Part shown: positions 56,581 through 64,000 of the stretch, one piece after another | Layout: each line of letters starts with the position of its first letter | Numbering within the stretch: position 1 is the stretch's first letter | NCBI GenBank assembly: GCA_002898395.1 | Contig: BEHE01000001.1 | Coordinates: forward strand, 32,001 to 96,000 | Origin: Candidatus Calditenuaceae archaeon HR02 | GTDB lineage: Archaea > Thermoproteota > Nitrososphaeria_A > Caldarchaeales > Calditenuaceae | Direction: 5' to 3' | DNA length: 64,000 nt | Made by a program: the position numbers and the translations under genes | Notes under the pieces: model-generated | What the model saw: the letters and a program-made list of their open reading frames with translations, nothing else | Told to the model about the DNA's origin: nothing | Database searches by the model: none

Positions 56581-57166
56581 TCCGCGCGATTAGTAACGAT
56601 TGGTAATGATATAGTTAATCCCGAAAAAGGTAGCTGGTCTCAACCGGCTCCACCCATACAGGAGGCGGCGGCCTCAATTATATCTATCTCTCATAGCATA
56701 GTCCAGCCTAGGTGTTGTAGAGGAGTTTCAACGTGTAATTCCTTAATCAAATATTGTCCAGCAAACCAAAGAGACGACAAGGCTCGCCTTCTTCTGGAAT
56801 TTTTGCCCCATTTTCACTTATAATAGCAGTACTTAGAAGGCCCACGCCTACGCTTCCGAACTGAATGGATTATCCTCAGCCTCCTATCTTCTTGGTGTTT
56901 TTTTGTTTTGTGTTTATGTGTTGTTGGTGTTTTGGGGAGTATTTAAGGCACCTACTATATGCACCACTACTAGCGTCGGGGGGTTTCGAACTCTCAACAA
57001 AGATGATACGGCATTACAGGGATGGGATTAGAGAAAGGAAGGAGTGGTGGAAGATTTGTGAGATTCTGAAGAAAAGCATCGGCAGAAATATGATGAGGCG
57101 CAGACGAAAACCCGCCCCTTTATCCCCTCATACCTACCACATTGAAAAATCCATAATTATTAAAAT

Positions 57167-57238
57167 CGGGCCCGGTGGGATTCGAACCCACGACCTTCCG
57201 GTTAACAGCCGGGCGCTCTACCTCTGAGCTACGGGCCC
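57167..57238 (-). tRNA. tRNA-Asn (GTT), no intron, CCA not encoded
   Basis: Reverse complement GGGCCCGTAGCTCAGAGGTAGAGCGCCCGGCTGTTAACCGGAAGGTCGTGGGTTCGAATCCCACCGGGCCCG folds as a cloverleaf with anticodon loop CTGTTAA. Confidence 0.95.
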
Positions 57239-57277
57239 AAGAAACGTGCATGGATGGTGTTATATTTACCTAGCATG

Positions 57278-58522
57278 CTATGATGAGCCTTTTTCTGTCA
57301 TGTAGAGTCTCGCTATGTTACGGGCGACTGTGGATTTTCTGGCTTTTGGGACTTGGTATATTTTTCCCGACCTTCCGATTACTGTCACCTCGTTGAAGGC
57401 TGAAGCGAATCCGATGTCTGTGCGAGAGACGTCGTTAACAACAATCATTAACGGGTTCAAATGGGAAAGACTCGATACAACCTTCTCCACGCCTTCGCTG
57501 AGTCCATAGGCTGCCTTGAAGGGTATTATCTCGATCTCTGGGAAATTCTTTCTGACGGATTCGAGTATCTTGGGTGTCGCCTCAAGTTCTAAAACGATTT
57601 TTGGGTGTGTGACTGTTTCGATCTTCTCATCGATTGTGTGGACTGGCTTGTAGTCTGCGACTGCTGCTGCTGAGAAGAATGCCTCTGCCCCCTCTGCCTC
57701 CTCTAAAACCACCTTCTCCATCTCTTTGCTCGATTCGATTCTTCTGACACTGATACCCGTGGGTGGCTCGATGTGTGTGGGGCCAAGCACTAGTGAGACC
57801 GCGCCCCCCAGCATCCGCAGACTTCTGGCCATCTCGATGCCCATCAATCCACTACTTGGGTTTGAGATGTAGCGGACCCTGTCTATGTATTCTCTAGTGG
57901 GTCCTGCGCTCACTATGAATCGCCTACCCTTTAATGGCTTGGGGGAGAGATGGTAGATGACCTCATCAACTATGTGCTTCTCTGGGGCTAGCTTGGCTTT
58001 AGCCTCCTCCATTAACGGCTCCACTATTCCAACCCCCATCTCTTTGAGGCGTTTAAGCGATTCTCTCACCGCTGGGTTGTTCGTCATGGAAACGTGCATT
58101 GCGGGAGCCACCACGACTGGGATACCAGAGCCAAGAGCTGCAGAGCATACAAGTGTGACTGGATTGTCTGAAACGCCTAGGCTAATTTTGGCTAGAGTAT
58201 TTGCGGTGGCCGGTGCGACGAGCACTAGGTCCACCCGCCCCCCACCCTCAGTCAGCTCAACATGCTCCACTCTACCCCCTATCTCGACCAGCGGGGTATT
58301 TCCCGTGGCCCATTCCATTAGCTGAGGGTTAAGAAGTTTAGAGGCATCGGGCGTCATTATCGGTATGACATCGGCACCGTGCCTGATCAAGGCCCTAGCG
58401 ATATCTGGCCCCCTGTATACTGAGACGCTCCCAGTTAGACAGTGGGCTATACGGAGGCCCGACAGCTCATCTCCCCAGGACCCGCGAATTGAATCGCCAG
58501 ACCCACTCATCCTTAAACCCAC
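57278..58522 (-). CDS. coaBC: Phosphopantothenoylcysteine decarboxylase/ligase
   Basis: APATANTLAK, PAMH, AGPTREYIDRVRYISNPSSG and AAVADY. Confidence 0.95.
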   Translation of the reverse strand: MGLRMSGSGDSIRGSWGDELSGLRIAHCLTGSVSVYRGPDIARALIRHGADVIPIMTPDASKLLNPQLMEWATGNTPLVEIGGRVEHVELTEGGGRVDLVLVAPATANTLAKISLGVSDNPVTLVCSAALGSGIPVVVAPAMHVSMTNNPAVRESLKRLKEMGVGIVEPLMEEAKAKLAPEKHIVDEVIYHLSPKPLKGRRFIVSAGPTREYIDRVRYISNPSSGLMGIEMARSLRMLGGAVSLVLGPTHIEPPTGISVRRIESSKEMEKVVLEEAEGAEAFFSAAAVADYKPVHTIDEKIETVTHPKIVLELEATPKILESVRKNFPEIEIIPFKAAYGLSEGVEKVVSSLSHLNPLMIVVNDVSRTDIGFASAFNEVTVIGRSGKIYQVPKARKSTVARNIARLYMTEKGSS

Positions 58523-58553
58523 AAGTATGGAATGCTAAATATTCTCTTCTCAG

Positions 58554-59147
58554 CTATTTCTTGGCGGTTCTGAGGAAATTTTCCAGTATCTTGTGACCCT
58601 CCTCCGTCATTATTGACTCTGGATGGAATTGTACGCCGTAGATCGGATAGTTCCGGTGCTCCAAAGCCATTATCTCGCCATCGTCTAGGGAAACTGCCGT
58701 GATTTCTAGGGGTTCTGGAAGTGGGGGCTTTACAGCTAGCGAATGATACCGGGCGACACGGAGCGGGTTTTTAACACCCTCAAAGATTCCGGAGCCGCTA
58801 TGCCTCACCATACTCACTTTTCCATGCATTAGCCTAGACGCTCTCTCCACACGTCCCCCAAAGACACAGACAATCCCCTGGTGCCCTAAGCACACCCCCA
58901 GAACCGGGCGCTCCCTACCCATCTCCAGGATGATATCGCCCGAGACGCCGAAAAACCTCCTGTCGGCAGGGTGGCCTGGCCCAGGCGAGATGACTATTGC
59001 ATCAGGGCTGAGTTTTATGGCGTCTTCGAGAGTAAGTTTATTGTTTCTGAAGACTACTGGATAGGCGCCTAGCTCGCCGAGATATTGGACTATGTTGTAG
59101 ACGAAGGAGTCGAAGTTGTCTACCACCAACACTTTTATCATGATCAC
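58554..59147 (-). CDS. trpG: Anthranilate/aminodeoxychorismate synthase component II (glutamine amidotransferase)
   Basis: DNFDSFVYN, ISPGPG, GVCLGHQ, RYHSL and QFHPES. Confidence 0.92.
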   Translation of the reverse strand: MIMIKVLVVDNFDSFVYNIVQYLGELGAYPVVFRNNKLTLEDAIKLSPDAIVISPGPGHPADRRFFGVSGDIILEMGRERPVLGVCLGHQGIVCVFGGRVERASRLMHGKVSMVRHSGSGIFEGVKNPLRVARYHSLAVKPPLPEPLEITAVSLDDGEIMALEHRNYPIYGVQFHPESIMTEEGHKILENFLRTAKK

Positions 59148-59149
59148 CC

Positions 59150-60535
59150 TTACCTCGCCATGGCCGAGAGGAGGGCTGCTGCCTTGTGCTCCGTCTCATA
59201 CCATTCAGCCTCCGGTTTACTGTCGGCAACCACCCCCATACCCACCTGAATACTCGCACTCGAATCTGAGTGGCCCAGAAGCGTCCTGATGGTTATAGCG
59301 AAATCAGCGCTACCATTGAAGGAGAGGTATCCCACGCAGCCAGCATAGGGTCCGCGCCTCACAGGCTCGAGCTCGTCAATTATCTCAATAGCCCTGAGCT
59401 TTGGAGCGCCTGTCACAGTTCCTGCCGGGAAGGTGGCCTCGAGGGCGTCTATTGCGCTCAAGCCAAGCTTTAGCTCTCCAACTACATGGGAGACGAGGTG
59501 CTGGACATGGCTGTACCTGTGCACCTCCATCAGCGAAGCGACCCTAACCGTCCCATACCGACAGACCCTGCCCAGATCATTACGCGCTAAGTCAACCAGC
59601 ATTACATGCTCGGCCAGCTCCTTCTCGTCTCTCCGCAGCTCCTCCATCAGCCTGTCATCCTCTTCTGCACGCCCGGTCATCGGCCTCGTACCCGCAATTG
59701 GAAAAGTCTCAACCCGAGAACCCTCAACCCTCACAAGCATCTCCGGACTTGTCCCGACAATCCACCTATCATCCAGCCTTAACACATACATGTATGGGGA
59801 GGGGTTCAGCCGCCTCAACTCCCTATAGTATCCCCTATAGCTCCCAGCCACCTCTACGTCTATCCTCCTAGAGGGGACGACCTGGAGAACATCACCAGCC
59901 GCAATATACTCCTTCGCCCTGACCACCATCTCCTCAAACTTCTCCTTTGAGATGCTCGACTTGGCTCTGAGGGCACGTAGGGGCTCTTCGTCGCCCACAT
60001 CCTTCATCAGCCTTTTTACCTCCTCCCAATCTGAGCCTGGGTCATGGCCATAGATGTACACCTCATTCATGCGATGGTCAAATATAATGCCCCGATTGTA
60101 GACCCCGAACTCCATCTCGGGAAAGTCGTGCTCCTCCTTCACTCTAAACCGAATATCTTCCCAGTACTTCACAGACTCAAAGGAGATATACCCAACGCCC
60201 CCGCCCAGGAACCTGAACCTATTCTCCCTATTCCTCGAGCTTAGAATAATCTCTCCCAGCAGCCTCAGCGGGTTTCCCACGTCAACCTTGAACCTCGCGC
60301 CCTCCACCCTATCGACAACCTCGAGAACACCCTGCTCAACGGCAAGGGTCGCGACCGGGTCCCATCCTATGAAAGAGAACTCGGCCAACTTTCTCGGGCC
60401 ACTGACAGACTCTAGCAAGTATGACCGCTCATATGCCTCTGATAAGGCGCTGAAGATCTCGAAGGGCTGATAGCCGCAGTCATCTATCTTTTTTACCTCA
60501 ATATTCCGCTGACTTATCGCCTCTGCAAGGCCAAA
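59150..60535 (-). CDS. trpE: Anthranilate/ADC synthase component I; start uncertain
   Basis: LLES, NPSPYMY, SPEML, PIAGT, EHVMLVDLARND and FPAGTVTGAPK. The frame is open up to 60535 but the first canonical start is at 60418. Confidence 0.88.
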   Translation of the reverse strand, partial: FGLAEAISQRNIEVKKIDDCGYQPFEIFSALSEAYERSYLLESVSGPRKLAEFSFIGWDPVATLAVEQGVLEVVDRVEGARFKVDVGNPLRLLGEIILSSRNRENRFRFLGGGVGYISFESVKYWEDIRFRVKEEHDFPEMEFGVYNRGIIFDHRMNEVYIYGHDPGSDWEEVKRLMKDVGDEEPLRALRAKSSISKEKFEEMVVRAKEYIAAGDVLQVVPSRRIDVEVAGSYRGYYRELRRLNPSPYMYVLRLDDRWIVGTSPEMLVRVEGSRVETFPIAGTRPMTGRAEEDDRLMEELRRDEKELAEHVMLVDLARNDLGRVCRYGTVRVASLMEVHRYSHVQHLVSHVVGELKLGLSAIDALEATFPAGTVTGAPKLRAIEIIDELEPVRRGPYAGCVGYLSFNGSADFAITIRTLLGHSDSSASIQVGMGVVADSKPEAEWYETEHKAAALLSAMAR

Positions 60536-60677
60536 CTAGACCCCCTCTCAAACCTCGCAGACATCAGTCCCCCATCGCCTATATAATCCTTCACTGCCAC
60601 CCGGCGAGGAAGGGCCACACCGCCTGACCAGACAGCGCTAATATAGTGGCTTACAACATATCGAGGCTGGAGAGGGG

Positions 60678-61073
60678 TTGAGCAGGCCGGCAGAGCTGGG
60701 GTCGATAAAGGAGGGAAGCAACATCGTTATAGATGGCGAGCCGTGCCGCGTGGTCGAGGTTGAGAAGTCTAAGACTGGGAAGCACGGATCAGCGAAGGTC
60801 AGGGTTGTGGCCATAGGCATATTCGACGGGGTTAAGCGGAACATAGTTGGCCCTTCAGACCAGAGGGTTGAGATACCGATAATCGAGAAGAGGTCGGGGC
60901 AGGTCGTGACGGTGGGTGATGTTGTCTCAGTAATGGATCGGGATACCTTAGAAATTGTCGAGATACCGCTCCCAACCGAGGAGGGGCTGAGAAGCAAGCT
61001 TGAGCCAGGAGTCAATGTGGAGTATTGGGTTGTTCTGAATAGAAAGATGATAAGTCAAGTACGTAAAGAGTAG
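60678..61073 (+). CDS. eif5a: Translation factor aIF5A
   Basis: Hypusine motif [11 protein letters not shown]. Confidence 0.97.
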   Translation: MSRPAELGSIKEGSNIVIDGEPCRVVEVEKSKTGKHGSAKVRVVAIGIFDGVKRNIVGPSDQRVEIPIIEKRSGQVVTVGDVVSVMDRDTLEIVEIPLPTEEGLRSKLEPGVNVEYWVVLNRKMISQVRKE

Positions 61074-61170
61074 TTATGTATTTTGCGTGAAGGAGATCAG
61101 TTATAATATTTAAACTTTACTCGAATAAAAAGCATAATTATTTACACTAAAACACAATATATCACGTAAC

Positions 61171-61787
61171 ATGACAAATATAATACACACATCCCAAATA
61201 CAAAAAGCAAAGGTGCGTTAACGGGCCTCGAGACAGACATAATTCAGCTTTAATATCGTAGCAGCTGCCTTTTCGTTCGCCGTCCCAAACATAGGGCTCT
61301 TCACTAAGCCAAAGGGCGGCGATGTGGTCCAAGCGAGGATCGATGGGGCGACCTCGGCGATCGAGACAGTAGGCTCGGTGATAGTTAGGAACGACCTCAA
61401 TGTAGGTAGCTGGCAGGGTAGCTAACGTTACAATCTTCTTAAAAGTAGCTGTAGGGAAGGGGCTACCGACTTGCGGGTCGGCTCACTTGCGGTAACCTAT
61501 CACGACCCAAGGACAAGTATTGAGAACGTTTACACAAGCAATGTAATCCGCTGTGATTTCCTTCAGCTTTCCTAGAGTCATCGTAAAACAGATTGTCGGT
61601 GACGGAGACCATTTGATAGGGTTTGGAGATTGGAGAGCTCTGGTCGATAACCGTCGTAATCGACGAGATGCAGCATCTACAGCCGACAGAAGTCTCTACT
61701 ATCCGGTTGAAGCCGGTGATTGGCTCGGTGCTGAAGGTGGAGAGGGGGCTACCACCATCCTTGGACCCAGTCATGGACCCAGCATAA
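61171..61787 (+). pseudogene. Archaellin (FlaB/ArlB) pseudogene with multiple frameshifts
   Basis: Colinear fragments in shifting frames: KGALTGLET.II / IVAAAFSFAVPNIGLFT...ATSAIETVGSVI / NVTIFLKVAVGKG / DLRVGSLAVTYHDPRTSIENVY / QIVGDGDHL / IRLKPVIGSVLKVERGLPPSLDPVMD. Confidence 0.82.
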
Positions 61788-61822
61788 GAAGAGACAATAT
61801 ATTAGATACACCCCACTCCCCT

Positions 61823-62731
61823 CTATTTTTTGCCCCTATACCACTTAACGTATTTTTTCACTATTGACTCAAGGCTGGTTGTAGGCATCCACCCCAGTAT
61901 TTGTCTCGCATTGGTTATGTCGGCCCAGCTTCTCAATGGCTCATGATGTGAAAGCTCCTCAAGCAATATCTTCACATCGCAGCCTGTCTCCTTAAGCACC
62001 AGTTCCGCCAGGTCCCTTACGCTGACAGGTCTCCCACTTCCGATATTCAACTTGTAGACGCCGCGTTCGAGAGATAGAGCCTTGACCGTCGCATCAGCCA
62101 CGTCTCCAACGTAGATAAAGTCTCTGGATGCGGGTATAAACTCGCCCCCAATCCAGCGACCCCTAACTACCAACGGCTTTCCCGCCATCGCGTTTTCTAC
62201 GAATATTTTCAGGACATTTTTCCCCCCTTCTCCAAGAACATTGAAGTATCGTAGGATTGTCGCGTCGGTTCCGAAGCTACTGTGATAGGCTTGGGAGAGG
62301 ATCTCGCAACATAGTTTGCTGAGGCCATATGGGTTTGTAGGTCTGGCCTCTGCATCCTCCCTCAGCGGTGGGGAAGCGTCTCCATAGACAGCGGCGCTCG
62401 AGGCGAGCACAATCTTCTCCACTCCGGAGCGCCTCGCGGCCTCAAGGATGTTCAAGTGCACTGTGAAGTTGTTTTGGATATACTTCTGTGGATGAAGAAG
62501 CGATTCGTGCACGTCAATGTGTGCTGCAAGGTTCACCACACCTCTAACTCCCCGCATAGCCTCCAGGGCTCTAGAGAATTCCGCAGCGTCTCCCCTAACA
62601 ATCTCTACATCCTTCGGAAACGATCCGCCAACCTCCGCCCTGTCAAGGACCCTAACCACCTCGCCCCTAGAAGCCAGGTACTCGACAACCCGCCTGCCGA
62701 TATAGCCGAGACCACCCACGACAAGTATCAA
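61823..62731 (-). CDS. NAD-dependent epimerase/dehydratase (GalE-like extended SDR)
   Basis: GGLGYIG, SSAAVYG, YGLSK, LRYFNV and RDFIYVGD. Confidence 0.93.
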   Translation of the reverse strand: MILVVGGLGYIGRRVVEYLASRGEVVRVLDRAEVGGSFPKDVEIVRGDAAEFSRALEAMRGVRGVVNLAAHIDVHESLLHPQKYIQNNFTVHLNILEAARRSGVEKIVLASSAAVYGDASPPLREDAEARPTNPYGLSKLCCEILSQAYHSSFGTDATILRYFNVLGEGGKNVLKIFVENAMAGKPLVVRGRWIGGEFIPASRDFIYVGDVADATVKALSLERGVYKLNIGSGRPVSVRDLAELVLKETGCDVKILLEELSHHEPLRSWADITNARQILGWMPTTSLESIVKKYVKWYRGKK

Positions 62732-62785
62732 CCTACAGAGGTGGGCACGGCTGCATGAATATAATTATCAGAGCAAGACGGTCTG

Positions 62786-62800
62786 CAAAGACTTATAAGT
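62786..62800 (+). promoter_or_regulatory. Putative rRNA promoter (BRE/TATA, CAAAGACTTATAAGT)
   Basis: Purine-rich BRE-like run followed by TTATAA, about 200 nt upstream of the 16S 5' end. Confidence 0.5.
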
Positions 62801-62996
62801 AGCCCAACTGTACATATACCTTGGGCCAGGGCTCATAGGCGGCGCCACCGCCAAGGCAGGTGTATGACACCTACGCGATGAGGCGGTGACATCCGGCTCT
62901 GGCTACAGTTAGGGGTGAAGACCTGAGGGACGGTAGAAGATCCTCAGGTCCAATGTGGGCCGCTTCCGTGCAGACCCCGCCAATAAAAATGGCCGG

Positions 62997-63870
<874 letters not shown>

Positions 63871-64000
63871 TCCCAGGACCGCCCAACGACCCCTCGGAGC
63901 CGTTTGAACGATCCCGGGCCGGAACTGCTTTACTTACTGGGAGCTCTTCGAGATGGCTCAGTATACAACGACAAAGCTGCAAGAAACTACGTAATCGTGT
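63871..64000 (+). mobile_element. Archaeal 16S rRNA intron near E. coli position ~908 (partial)
   Basis: After GCTGAAA the expected CTTAAAGGAATTG is replaced by unrelated sequence. The boundary is uncertain by 1-2 nt. Confidence 0.85.
63904..64000 (+). CDS. LAGLIDADG homing endonuclease (5' part, intron-encoded)
   Basis: TTG start after GGAG; MNDPGPELLYLLGALRDGSVYNDKAARNYVIV contains a LAGLIDADG-like helix (LYLLGALRDGS); open to the window end. Confidence 0.72.
   Translation, partial: MNDPGPELLYLLGALRDGSVYNDKAARNYVIV

Noticed and set aside
56865-57227. 120-aa plus-strand ORF
   Set aside because: Runs through a G/T low-complexity tract and antisense across tRNA-Asn; not credible as a gene.
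60596-60640. GC-rich intergenic segment with CTGA, a possible sRNA
   Set aside because: No recognisable C box or terminal stem; insufficient support.
61218-61867. ORFs 61218-61400, 61463-61774 and 61553-61867
   Set aside because: Explained as antisense or partial frames of the archaellin pseudogene.

Overview
Gene-dense archaeal chromosome segment. The 16S signatures and gene content suggest a thermophilic TACK lineage (Aigarchaeota/Nitrososphaerota-like), which is an inference. Most of the window is housekeeping: fragments of ribosomal protein operons (L3-L4-L23-L2; L32e-L19e-L18; S19e; S9), aIF2-beta, aIF5A, TBP, ArgRS, RNase P subunits, Tat, MoaD/MoaE, CoaBC, TrpE/G-like genes and CarS. 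It also carries glycerol and sugar catabolism (GlpK, GlpA-CoxG, GlpC-like, GAPN, PGM, GalT, GH57, and GH1 with an Opp/Dpp-type ABC importer), a NurA-HerA pair, tRNA-Asn(GTT) and the 5' part of a 16S rRNA gene. Features missing from the ORF track: a 16S intron near E. coli position ~908 encoding the start of a LAGLIDADG homing endonuclease, a frameshifted archaellin pseudogene, a 50-aa Cys-rich ORF upstream of tbp, and a second TatA. The best candidates for undescribed biology are (i) a stand-alone HsdR_N nuclease-like protein fused to a SeqA-like C-terminal domain with an altered catalytic motif, and (ii) a module made of TBP, a convergent wHTH pair and NurA-HerA. All product calls come from reading motifs by eye; no database searches were run.
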